IMG/VR virus record: IMGVR_UViG_3300010163_003556
Location: 3,687 to 67,686 of that record
From: a virus
Taxonomy: Duplodnaviria; Caudoviricetes
Length of the DNA stretch: 64,000 nt
Direction: 5' to 3' (one strand)
Part shown: positions 9,681 through 18,089 of the stretch, piece by piece
Position numbering within the stretch: the stretch's first letter is position 1
How the letters are laid out: each line of letters starts with the position of its first letter
The notes under the pieces: generated by a model
What the model was told of the DNA's origin: nothing
Databases searched by the model: none
Seen by the model: the letters and a program-made list of their open reading frames with translations, nothing else
Made by a program: the position numbers and the translations under genes

Positions 9681-10932
9681 TTTTATTCTCCTTTGATGCT
9701 TTCTTCCGCTTAATGAAGGACACAATCATAAAGGTAACCAAGCCAACCACAATGACGCCGAGAATCACTTCTACGGCGATAAGCCAAGGCGGAAACCGCC
9801 ATGACGAGGATGCCGAGCCGTTGACGCGGACAGGGTCTTTCACGGCGCAGAACGCAAGTGTGACCGCCTCAACGGCATCTCCGTTATAGGAATTATTTTT
9901 CAAGGCGAGAGTGGAGTCAACCACATACTGTTCGGTAGACACCGAGAACGATAGCGGAGCGGACTGTGTGGGGGAATAAATCTTGCCGACATAAACCCTA
10001 GGGTCGAACTGACTATTCAAGCCGAACACCATTGACTGCTCGACAACGATAGTGGACTCGCCAGAGGGAAGTTCAAGCAAGTAGTCAAGGAAAGCATACG
10101 AGCGACGAGAGCAGTCATCGAAAAGGCTATCCTCACGAACCTTGACATCGGAAGAAAGGAACGCATTCACCCAATGAGTAACAAGATTGGTGGCATCAAC
10201 GCTATTCGTTAACTCGGTAACAAAGCCGATAGATTCGGCAAGGTATTCATCAAGGGTCATCTCTTTATAGGTGATCGAGCAATGCTCGGATACGGACACA
10301 GTCGGCTTATTACCAAAGATGATAAAGTAGCAAGGATTATTTGCATTGGGTGAAACCTTGACCTCATAAAGCCGAGTGGCAACAGTATATGAATACCGAC
10401 CCAATTCGTAAATCATATAGTCACCCTCTTGGAGCGAGAAAGAGAACTCGGACTCTTCAGTAGCTGAAGCAATAAACTGATGAACGGAAACAGTCGAATC
10501 AATGTCCGACTGCTTTTCACGAAGAGCCAAGATATCTGCATAGGAATCAGTAGCCGAGCCGAGCAGCGAACCCCAAGAATAGCCATAAGTAGGATTGGCA
10601 GTAGAGCCGTTCAAAGAAAGAGAAACACCGCAGTTTTCAACATCATAGAGAGGGCTATACACGGGCAAAGTGCAAGACAATGTGGTCGGTGCTGATGCCA
10701 AGAATTTATAAGTTGTCGATAGCCTAGCTGAACCCTCATTGTAGGATACAACGGTGGACTTGGAAGAAAGGGTGGCGGTGGTGGACTCTCCGAAATTGAC
10801 CTCGCAGGTTGGGGGATACCACACATCGCTCATGGCTTTTGCGACCAAAGCAGAAGGGACTAGAAATAGAGAAAGAGAAACAATAGTGAAAATTAAAACA
10901 GCAAGGCAGTAGCGAAATCTACTACGCAACAT
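9670..10932 (-). CDS. Membrane-anchored extracytoplasmic hypothetical protein
   Basis: Hydrophobic N-terminal signal/TM segment, Ser/Thr-rich body, C-terminal TM helix followed by KRKK. RBS AGGAGG. Confidence 0.7.
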   Translation of the reverse strand: MLRSRFRYCLAVLIFTIVSLSLFLVPSALVAKAMSDVWYPPTCEVNFGESTTATLSSKSTVVSYNEGSARLSTTYKFLASAPTTLSCTLPVYSPLYDVENCGVSLSLNGSTANPTYGYSWGSLLGSATDSYADILALREKQSDIDSTVSVHQFIASATEESEFSFSLQEGDYMIYELGRYSYTVATRLYEVKVSPNANNPCYFIIFGNKPTVSVSEHCSITYKEMTLDEYLAESIGFVTELTNSVDATNLVTHWVNAFLSSDVKVREDSLFDDCSRRSYAFLDYLLELPSGESTIVVEQSMVFGLNSQFDPRVYVGKIYSPTQSAPLSFSVSTEQYVVDSTLALKNNSYNGDAVEAVTLAFCAVKDPVRVNGSASSSWRFPPWLIAVEVILGVIVVGLVTFMIVSFIKRKKASKENKNDL

Positions 10933-10944
10933 AAATAACCTCCT

Positions 10945-10993
10945 ATGGTTCTACCCATAGAACCATTATACAACAAGTCTAGAAAAAAGACAA
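10945..10993 (-). promoter_or_regulatory. Promoter TTGTCT-17-TATAAT with a palindromic operator at the start site
   Basis: -35 at 10993-10988, -10 at 10970-10965. ATGGTTCTA-CCCA-TAGAACCAT (10945-10966) lies between the -10 box and the RBS. Confidence 0.65.
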
Positions 10994-11041
10994 ATAAAAA
11001 AGCCGATAGGAAACTCCCCATCGGCTTTCCCATTTCCAACC

Positions 11042-11365
11042 CTATGAAAGGTGGGAAACTAGTCGGGCAAGGTCAGTAATCGTTTTTGGCGGTAGCGTTT
11101 TGACCTTGAGCGAGATTGCCATTGCATCAGCACTCCGAACGGAATCCACGTCAAAAAATTCCGTAAGGGTAATACCAAGGGCATCGCAAATTGAACAGAG
11201 TGAAGTCAGGCTCGGTAATGCGTTTCGCTTTCGCAAAGCATAAAGCGATTGAGAAGTGATATCCGCCAGTACGCCTAGATTAGATAGTTTCCAACCCCGC
11301 GCATGGAGATAATCATCGAGCCGAGCAAAGAACTGTTCGCTTGTCCAAAAGTCGACATTGCTCAT
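11042..11365 (-). CDS. XRE-family helix-turn-helix regulator
   Basis: LSNLGVLADITSQSLYALRKRNALPSLTSLCSICDALGITLTEFF. Confidence 0.8.
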   Translation of the reverse strand: MSNVDFWTSEQFFARLDDYLHARGWKLSNLGVLADITSQSLYALRKRNALPSLTSLCSICDALGITLTEFFDVDSVRSADAMAISLKVKTLPPKTITDLARLVSHLS

Positions 11366-11624
11366 ATTCGAAACCTCCTTTTTTTATTTCCCAAGGGGGT
11401 TGTATAGTAGCGTACACACGACTATTTGGCAAATGGTTTCGAGAGAAAAAACCAACAAATCTTTCAAAAATAAAATTACGATTAGTACAAATGTTGTACG
11501 GGAAAAAAGGCAACAAATGTTACAATATAATAGATGATGCTATTGAATGCGAAAAGAAATCATCAAAATCATTAAACGGCACATATTGGTGGGGCAATGC
11601 AACAAATCACAGGGAAAACAAGGC

Positions 11625-13457
11625 ATGAGCGAAGACAAGAAAACTAGGCGAGAAGAGCTACGAGAGCTTTATCGCCAAGACCAAGATACTAGTAGCAAAA
11701 CCTTTATTCCCGCCAAAGAAAAGGTGAATATTTATGATGATACAATGCAGCTCCGAGTCTGTGCTTATTGTCGCGTATCGACTGACAACGATGCACAGCT
11801 ATCGTCATACGAATTGCAGAAGAAACACTATGAGAGTTTTGTAGGGGAGCATCCGACATGGCACCTCGAAAAGATTTATGCAGATGAGGGTATATCGGGA
11901 ACATCACTCAAACACCGTGACCAATTCAACGAGATGATAGCCGAATGCCGAAAAGGGAAGTACGACCTAATCGTAACAAAGGCGGTCTCGCGTTTTGCTC
12001 GAAACCTTGTAGACTGCATTTCACTTATAAGAGAATTACGAAATCAAAATCCGCCTGTAGGCGTTTATTTTGAAACCGACAAGCTGTTCACCTTATCGGA
12101 AGAATCCGAACTAAAACTATCAATCTTCGCCACTTTCGCCCAGGAAGAGTCACAGAAAAAGAGCGAGTCAATGAACTGGTCGCTGAAAGAACGATTCAAG
12201 CACGGACAGCTATTAACTCCAGAGTTATTCGGTTATAGAAGACCGAGGGATGAGTTGGGCAACTACATAAAGTATGCGAAGCTAGAAATCGAAGAGTCGG
12301 AGGCAGCCGTTGTGCGTTTTATATATAGCGCATTTTTGGCAGGCTACTCGCCCGAAAATATAGCCGAAATGCTGACCGATATAGGTGTGCCAACAAAATC
12401 GGGAAACACATCGTGGAATACAGGCGGAATAGGATACATTCTGCGAAACGAAAGATATTGCGGTAGCGTTTTAACTTGGAAGACATTCACCGCCGATGTC
12501 TTTGAGCATAAGAAAAGAAAGAACAACCATGATAGGGACCAGTACCTTTATAACGATTTCCACCCCGCAATAATAAGCGTGGAGCAGTACGAGGCAGTTC
12601 AGCAATTATTGGTCGACCGTAGGCATGGAATGCGTGGTGGATACAATGTGATGCACGTCATCGAAAATGGGGTATTCCAAGGATATGTGCCTATTAATCA
12701 CCATTGGGTAAATGACGATCCAAACGAATATTATGCAGCATCAAATACAGTCCAAAAGCAACGCCAAGAACAGCGGATACGCCGTTCGACATTCAGCGCA
12801 TTCGACTTAACGGGATACCAAGTAGTGCGAGGCTTATTCTTGACCGCTAGGTCGGAGCAACCCTGCATGACCGTGTACCAAGACAAGTTATTTTTCAATA
12901 GTGCTTGTACGAAGAAGCTGACCGACATCGGACACATACAATTACTGCTACATCCAACCGAACGGAAGATGGCAATACGACCTTGTCAAAGGACGGACGT
13001 GTACAGCATCAGGTGGAGCAAAATGGACGGTAAACCACTAGCCATGAAGACGATAAATTGCCCACACTTTATCAAAGCATTGATGCAGATAATGGAATGG
13101 AATCCAGAGTACAGCTATAGGATTATGGGAACGTGGATAGTAAAGGGCAATGACCGAATAATGACTTTTAATCTCTCTAACGCAGTACCGATGATGCAAG
13201 TGCAAGGGGACGAACCGTCTTCGAGGAAGAAAAGTGTGATGGTATGCCCCGAAGAGTGGGAGTCGAGTTTCGGTGATGAGTTCTATGAATTCAGCCTGCA
13301 AAACAACCTTTATTATGCGGCGGATAATGCGCCGATAAACAGCGGTGCGCATAGTGTGGTGGCAAGCGGTACGGAACAGCTTTCACTACCGACAACAGAA
13401 GATGTTATGACGAGTTACGAGTTAATCAAAAAAGGGAGGGAGAACCCTAATGAATGA
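11625..13457 (+). CDS. Large serine recombinase with an extra C-terminal domain
   Basis: RVCAYCRVST catalytic motif, IYADEGISGT, SRFARN and recombinase domain (YILRNERYCG). The C-terminal ~200 aa resemble the three downstream proteins. Start placed at MSEDKK; the ORF is open from 11547. Confidence 0.88.
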   Translation: MSEDKKTRREELRELYRQDQDTSSKTFIPAKEKVNIYDDTMQLRVCAYCRVSTDNDAQLSSYELQKKHYESFVGEHPTWHLEKIYADEGISGTSLKHRDQFNEMIAECRKGKYDLIVTKAVSRFARNLVDCISLIRELRNQNPPVGVYFETDKLFTLSEESELKLSIFATFAQEESQKKSESMNWSLKERFKHGQLLTPELFGYRRPRDELGNYIKYAKLEIEESEAAVVRFIYSAFLAGYSPENIAEMLTDIGVPTKSGNTSWNTGGIGYILRNERYCGSVLTWKTFTADVFEHKKRKNNHDRDQYLYNDFHPAIISVEQYEAVQQLLVDRRHGMRGGYNVMHVIENGVFQGYVPINHHWVNDDPNEYYAASNTVQKQRQEQRIRRSTFSAFDLTGYQVVRGLFLTARSEQPCMTVYQDKLFFNSACTKKLTDIGHIQLLLHPTERKMAIRPCQRTDVYSIRWSKMDGKPLAMKTINCPHFIKALMQIMEWNPEYSYRIMGTWIVKGNDRIMTFNLSNAVPMMQVQGDEPSSRKKSVMVCPEEWESSFGDEFYEFSLQNNLYYAADNAPINSGAHSVVASGTEQLSLPTTEDVMTSYELIKKGRENPNE

Positions 13458-14052
13458 TACTTTTTCAAATGGCATGCAATTGGCACTTGACGGGGACGAG
13501 GCAGAAACAATCAGTCTTGCAGGATTTGAAGTTGCAAAGGCGGAGTTGTTCGCACATACGAGAGAGCCGGCGGTAACGATATGGGATAACAAGATAAAGT
13601 TCAACATGGCTTGTTTGCGGAGATTCCCCGGCATCAAATATATCCAACTCTTGATACACCCTCAAGAAAAGCGGCTTATTGTCCGACCGTGTCACCCAGA
13701 CGCTCCCGACTCCTTGCGATGGGCAACGGGCGGAACAGAGGCGGAGATTAAAAATAGAGATATGAAATGCGAAATCTTCGCAGCCAAGGTTTTTGAACTT
13801 ATGGGGTGGAGCAAGGACTATAAGTACAAAATGCTCGGCAAGCCCGCCGTATGCAATAATGAGGGATTATATCTTTTCAAACTTACGGACTTTGAACTAT
13901 TCGCATCCACGGGCAAACGGACGCGACGCGCATTCTTGCCCGAAGAGTGGAGAGAGTGTTTCGGAGTTCCTGTGGAGCAGCACGAAGAAAGTTACAAAAT
14001 CAATCTAGCCGAGGGCTACATAACAACTGATAAAATGGGAGGTATCAAATAA
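13450..14052 (+). CDS. Recombinase-associated hypothetical protein (paralogue 1 of the recombinase C-terminal domain)
   Basis: SLAGFEV...PAVTIWDNKIKFNMAC...YIQLLIHPQEKRLIVRPC...SLRW aligns by eye with SAFDLTGYQV...PCMTVYQDKLFFNSAC...HIQLLLHPTERKMAIRPC...SIRW in the recombinase. Confidence 0.75.
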   Translation: MNDTFSNGMQLALDGDEAETISLAGFEVAKAELFAHTREPAVTIWDNKIKFNMACLRRFPGIKYIQLLIHPQEKRLIVRPCHPDAPDSLRWATGGTEAEIKNRDMKCEIFAAKVFELMGWSKDYKYKMLGKPAVCNNEGLYLFKLTDFELFASTGKRTRRAFLPEEWRECFGVPVEQHEESYKINLAEGYITTDKMGGIK

Positions 14053-14483
14053 TGGATTTTCAACTAGACAACATTTCACTTGACGGGTTCGAACTAGTAG
14101 GTAAGCAGTTCTTTGTACAGGACAACGAACCGCTTATGACGATTTGGAACGAAGCAATAGGTTTCAGCGCATCGTCATTTGCAGCATTAGGAAACTGCGA
14201 GGCGGTAAAAATTATGATGAATAACCAAAGTAAGCAGATAATAGTAATGCCCACCCCATCGTCCGATACGGACGCATTGAAGTGGAGAAAGAGCAACAAT
14301 GTTGCTAAATTTTCAAGGATAAATTGCACCCCCTTCACGAGAGAGGTTTTTCGCTTATGGCAGCTTGACGAAAATCAAAAATATAGGTGCTATGGCAGAA
14401 AGGCAAAAATAGATAACAGAATCGTGTTGCTGTTTGATTTTACAAAAGCAATAATTATTCCGTTAAAGAAAAAAGGAAAGTGA
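14052..14483 (+). CDS. Recombinase-associated hypothetical protein (paralogue 2)
   Basis: SLDGFELV...PLMTIWNEAIGFS...VKIMMNNQSKQIIVMP...ALKW...INCTPF...YRCYG...LLFDFTKA; same pattern; coupled start. Confidence 0.7.
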   Translation: MDFQLDNISLDGFELVGKQFFVQDNEPLMTIWNEAIGFSASSFAALGNCEAVKIMMNNQSKQIIVMPTPSSDTDALKWRKSNNVAKFSRINCTPFTREVFRLWQLDENQKYRCYGRKAKIDNRIVLLFDFTKAIIIPLKKKGK

Positions 14484-14484
14484 T

Positions 14485-14865
14485 ATGGCGGAACGTACCT
14501 ACATTTCCCTTTATGGGAAGTGCGGAAAAATTCATATTTTCAAGTCAACCATCAGAGCGATAGGACAGCCGAAATTCATACGATTTCGACTGTCGAAAGA
14601 TGGGCGAGTGTTGTTAGAACCATACGACAGAATAACTCTAACATCTTTTCGAGTCCCCAAAGACTTGGATGAACTGGGTTCGACAATGGAGGTATCGACA
14701 ACCGCTTTAATACGGATTATCTTCAAAGAGTGGGGATTCGATACAACCAAATCATATCGGATACAAGGAACATTATACGAAGACAGACAAATCGCCATCT
14801 TTGACATATCCTCTGCGGAGAAAATATCCGATACGAACAAACCAAATAATTTCCCATATTATTAA
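14485..14865 (+). CDS. Recombinase-associated hypothetical protein (divergent paralogue 3)
   Basis: KIHIFKSTIRAIGQPKFIRF...LLEPY...LIRIIFKEWGFDTTKSYRIQG...AIFDISSA; weak match to the same domain. Confidence 0.6.
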   Translation: MAERTYISLYGKCGKIHIFKSTIRAIGQPKFIRFRLSKDGRVLLEPYDRITLTSFRVPKDLDELGSTMEVSTTALIRIIFKEWGFDTTKSYRIQGTLYEDRQIAIFDISSAEKISDTNKPNNFPYY

Positions 14866-14875
14866 GGGGCGATTT

Positions 14876-15109
14876 ATGAATACATTGAATGAGGAAACAG
14901 CTACCATGACATTCAGCGAACAAGTAAAATGGGTAAGAGGGGAGCTGTTGCTGACGCAAGCGGAGATGGCAAAGGAAATAGGTATAACACCATCGACGTT
15001 AAGCAGATGGGAAAATTCCAACCGAGAGCCTAGCTTCCTAGGAAAGAAACAGTTCGTACAGTTTTGCAAAAAGAAAGGAATACAGCTCGAATGCGGAGAG
15101 CAAGACTAA
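14876..15109 (+). CDS. XRE-family HTH regulator
   Basis: LTQAEMAKEIGITPSTLSRWENSNREP. Confidence 0.8.
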   Translation: MNTLNEETATMTFSEQVKWVRGELLLTQAEMAKEIGITPSTLSRWENSNREPSFLGKKQFVQFCKKKGIQLECGEQD

Positions 15110-15139
15110 CAAGGAGAATTGCACAACAAAGGAAAAAGA

Positions 15140-15919
15140 ATGAAATATTACGTTGTGGCGGATGTGCATGGGTTTTATACGGAATTAAAACAAGCACTCA
15201 AAGAGCAAGGTTTTTTCACGGATTCAGAGTCGCATAAACTGATAATCTGTGGTGACCTATTTGACCGAGGCAACGAAGCTGTGCAGCTCCAAGAATTCGT
15301 CCTTGACCTTATGAGAAAGGATGAAATTATTTTGATACGCGGTAACCACGAAGACTTGGCGGAAGAACTTATTCAACACGCGCATAGGTATTATGCTGAC
15401 ACATGGACGGTCATGCTTTCACATCACGCAAGTAACGGAACAGTATCCACCCTTGAACAACTGACGGGAATACCAATATCAAAAGCAATCAGCGACACAA
15501 AGGCTTTCATCCAAAAGGCAAAGGAAACGCCCTTTATAAAAACTATCCTGCCCAAGATGGTAGATTACTACGAAACCAAAAAGTATGTATTCGTCCACGG
15601 ATGGATACCAAGCACGGTTGACGAGAAATACGATACAGCATGGCGAAGCGCAAACGAGCATCAATGGAATGTAGCAAGGTGGGACAACGGTATTAGACTA
15701 GCGATTGAAAACGAGGTGCTAGAGCCGGGGAAGACGATAGTATGTGGGCATTGGTCAACATCATTCGGACACCACAAATATGGAAATGCTCCAGTGGAGT
15801 ACACGGACGGTGCGGACTTCTCGACATTCGAAAGGGAGGGCATCATTGCACTTGATGCTTGCACACCAATAAGCAGAAAAATCAATTGCATAATAATAAA
15901 AGACGGCCCCCACTCGTGA
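15140..15919 (+). CDS. Calcineurin-like metallophosphoesterase (PPP-type)
   Basis: ADVHG, GDLFDRG, RGNHE, FVHGW, GHWS and ALDAC metal-binding motifs. Confidence 0.9.
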   Translation: MKYYVVADVHGFYTELKQALKEQGFFTDSESHKLIICGDLFDRGNEAVQLQEFVLDLMRKDEIILIRGNHEDLAEELIQHAHRYYADTWTVMLSHHASNGTVSTLEQLTGIPISKAISDTKAFIQKAKETPFIKTILPKMVDYYETKKYVFVHGWIPSTVDEKYDTAWRSANEHQWNVARWDNGIRLAIENEVLEPGKTIVCGHWSTSFGHHKYGNAPVEYTDGADFSTFEREGIIALDACTPISRKINCIIIKDGPHS

Positions 15920-15935
15920 GAGTGGGGGTTTTATT
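15907..15935 (+). terminator. Intrinsic terminator
   Basis: CCCCCACTC-GTGA-GAGTGGGGG followed by a T-run. Confidence 0.75.
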
Positions 15936-15963
15936 TTATTTCGGAAGATTAAGAAGAACAAAA

Positions 15964-16026
15964 TAGCCGTGTACACACGGCTATACTTTTACCCCCAAAG
16001 CCTATAATTGGTAGTGTACACACTAC
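15964..16026. promoter_or_regulatory. Pair of palindromic operators upstream of the XRE gene at 16049
   Basis: TAGCCGTGT-AC-ACACGGCTA (15964-15983) and GTAGTGT-AC-ACACTAC (16011-16026), flanking a TATAAT. Confidence 0.6.
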
Positions 16027-16048
16027 ATAATTACTAGGAGATTTGGTC

Positions 16049-16282
16049 ATGAAGATGGTGGAAGCGATAGGCATTAGGCTACAGGAACTAATGAAAGAAA
16101 AAGATTATAATTACTATCGGCTCGAACGGGATGGCGGAGTGGACAGATCGACCGTTTCGGACATTGCCCAAGCCAAATACAAGTCGGTAGTGATAAACAC
16201 TCTTTATTCTATCTTGCAAACGATGGGAGTACCGCTGAAAGAATTTTTTGATAGTCCCTTATTCGATGATATTGCGGACTGA
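16049..16282 (+). CDS. Small XRE-family HTH regulator
   Basis: RLQELMKEK...RLERDGGVDRSTVSDI...TMGVPLKEFFDSPLF; paralogue of 17034-17267. Confidence 0.8.
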   Translation: MKMVEAIGIRLQELMKEKDYNYYRLERDGGVDRSTVSDIAQAKYKSVVINTLYSILQTMGVPLKEFFDSPLFDDIAD

Positions 16283-16359
16283 AACCAAGCCGAAGAACAC
16301 AGCACCGAGGGGATACCGTTCGGTGTTTTTTTTATGCCAAAAACCACCCAAGAACGGAA

Positions 16360-16887
16360 TCAAGTATATTGGTTTAAGACGAACAGTTCCAACCGCTTAT
16401 TTTTACGCTTGGCATAGTTTATTGTGTTCACAGTGCCGCCCTTTTTTTCGTTCTCATTCCAAAAGGCGAAAACGATATCGGAGTGGTCGACCATATACTC
16501 GTTGCGCTTCTGCATACAAAAGCTAGTGTAGTGATCCGAAAGAACGGTGACCTTGTCGGCTCGTTCAAGGATGCGCTTATACCGAGTTTTGTCTTCGTCC
16601 GACCAATGGGCATCCTGTCCTTTGCAGGGGACAGCAATTTCCAAGCGAATATGGTCATAGACGTGGTCACGAAAATCAAGCACGGTTTCGGCGAAGTCGG
16701 TATCAGCACCGATAGCACCCCCGACGATAAAATTTACAACCCCATCCTTGCGGATAGCTTCACCGATATAGCAAGCCATAGCCTCCAAATACTCTTGGTG
16801 GGATGCACTCTCGGTATCGGAGTAGTCCCAAGGGAAACCCTTGGGGCGATGCCCAGTAACGCAACAAGTAAGTCCTTTTTTTTCCAT
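16360..16887 (-). CDS. SLOG-superfamily protein (DUF1273/YspA-like)
   Basis: CCVTGHRP, GGAIGAD, RNEYMVDHSD and GGTVNTINYA motifs. RBS GAGGTG before MEKKG. Confidence 0.85.
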   Translation of the reverse strand: MEKKGLTCCVTGHRPKGFPWDYSDTESASHQEYLEAMACYIGEAIRKDGVVNFIVGGAIGADTDFAETVLDFRDHVYDHIRLEIAVPCKGQDAHWSDEDKTRYKRILERADKVTVLSDHYTSFCMQKRNEYMVDHSDIVFAFWNENEKKGGTVNTINYAKRKNKRLELFVLNQYT

Positions 16888-16914
16888 AAGTATCACCTCT
16901 AAAAATATAAACAA

Positions 16915-17018
16915 ATTATACCACAAACCGCAAGACAAGGCAAGCGGTGGTTCTACCCATAGAACCCAAATTTTTCAAGACTGCAAGTATACTAAACGGT
17001 AAGTTCTACTGATAGAAC
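16915..17018. promoter_or_regulatory. Divergent promoter region with two related palindromic operators
   Basis: Minus-strand TTGCCT-17-TATAAT for the SLOG gene. GGTTCTA-CCCA-TAGAACC (16949-16966) and GTTCTA-CTGA-TAGAAC (17003-17018). Confidence 0.6.
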
Positions 17019-17033
17019 CCAAGGGAGGCAAGT

Positions 17034-17267
17034 ATGACGCTATACGATGCAGTTTTACAGCGGCTAAAGCAAGTTATGGCAGAAAAGAATGCCTCGCTTT
17101 ACACACTTAACAAAGAGGGTGGAATTCCCAAGTCCACGCTATCCCAAGTGCTGAACAAGAAACAAGCCAAGATAGGACTAGACCTTTTATACGAGATATT
17201 AAGCACGATGGGAGTAACGCTGCAAGAGTTTTTCACCGATCCGATATTCGAAGAAGTAACCGATTAA
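17034..17267 (+). CDS. Small XRE-family HTH regulator
   Basis: LYTLNKEGGIPKSTLSQVLN...STMGVTLQEFFTDPIF. Confidence 0.8.
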   Translation: MTLYDAVLQRLKQVMAEKNASLYTLNKEGGIPKSTLSQVLNKKQAKIGLDLLYEILSTMGVTLQEFFTDPIFEEVTD

Positions 17268-17311
17268 ATGAGAACACCCCAGAGCCGAAAGGCAATGGGG
17301 TGCTTTTTCAT

Positions 17312-17653
17312 TTATGCAAGGCGAACGATTTTGTGCGAGTGAGAACCGAAGACTTTTTTCACTTGATAGAGAGAGTCATCAATCCAATAGGTGATTTTAT
17401 CCGCAGCGGACTCATTGGTCAAGATATTTGTGCAGATAAGGTTTTCGACCGCATTCGTGCCGCCGTGGGTACGGGGCAAGATGTGGTGGAGATTCCATCC
17501 GCAGTAAATGGCTTGACCTTGCCTCCTTACATAATAGTCGGGATCGCCATAAGCGGACCGACACATAAGGTTGCCGTGAAAGTCCTCGGCAAATTCGACA
17601 TCCCCGTAACATTCAAACCATAACTGCATAGCATTGGTGCGATTGATTTTCAC
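17312..17653 (-). CDS. Small HNH endonuclease-domain protein
   Basis: GWNLHHILPRTHGGTNAVENLICTNILTN (HNH signature). GTG start with RBS AAGGAGGTG. Confidence 0.75.
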   Translation of the reverse strand: MKINRTNAMQLWFECYGDVEFAEDFHGNLMCRSAYGDPDYYVRRQGQAIYCGWNLHHILPRTHGGTNAVENLICTNILTNESAADKITYWIDDSLYQVKKVFGSHSHKIVRLA

Positions 17654-17679
17654 TAGTTTTCACCTCCTTTCCAAACCAA

Positions 17680-18020
17680 AATAAAAACCCCACACCGCTG
17701 CGTGTGTGGGGAAGAATACCGATTTGGAAAGTATCAACGTTACACGCAACAAAAACAAGCAACGGTAGTCAGCCGATGCTTTATTTTTTTGTAGGGTGTA
17801 ACGCGTTCGGTTCGGGATGAGGTTCGTACTCAAGTCCATTTCCGTGGCATAACGAGAATTTTCAAAGACCACGTTAGAACCGCCAAGGGTTACGAATACT
17901 ATCAAAGGCACATTGCGCTTTCCTCAATCCCAATCGTCTTCAAACCTATGGGGGAGTCCTCGTCAAACCCTTGTAGGGAGATCCAGCGCAGTCTATCCAA
18001 CCAGAGTGCCAATGGTTTAC
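17680..18020 (-). ncRNA. Candidate structured non-coding RNA / long leader (~340 nt) upstream of the HNH gene
   Basis: Starts below a consensus promoter and ends in a hairpin plus U-tract (17686-17711). Nested complementary segments (GGCAC/GTGCC, TGCGCT/AGCGCA, CGGTTC/GAACCG, CGTTACAC/GTGTAACG). No convincing ORF with an RBS. Confidence 0.5.
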
Positions 18021-18026
18021 TCATAT

Positions 18027-18055
18027 ATTATATCAAAAGAGAGGGAGGGTGTCAA
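18027..18055 (-). promoter_or_regulatory. Consensus SigA promoter TTGACA-17-TATAAT with extended -10
   Basis: TGTCAA at 18050-18055 and ATTATA at 18027-18032 on the + strand. Confidence 0.8.
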
Positions 18056-18089
18056 TACTCGGACTGCCAAAAACTCAAAAAACTCCGAA

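Noticed and set aside
11485-11524. AACAAATGTT / GTACAA-ATG-TTGTAC upstream of the internal recombinase as SOS boxes
   Set aside because: Only the AAC-N4-GTT core matches, with four flank mismatches; too weak to call.
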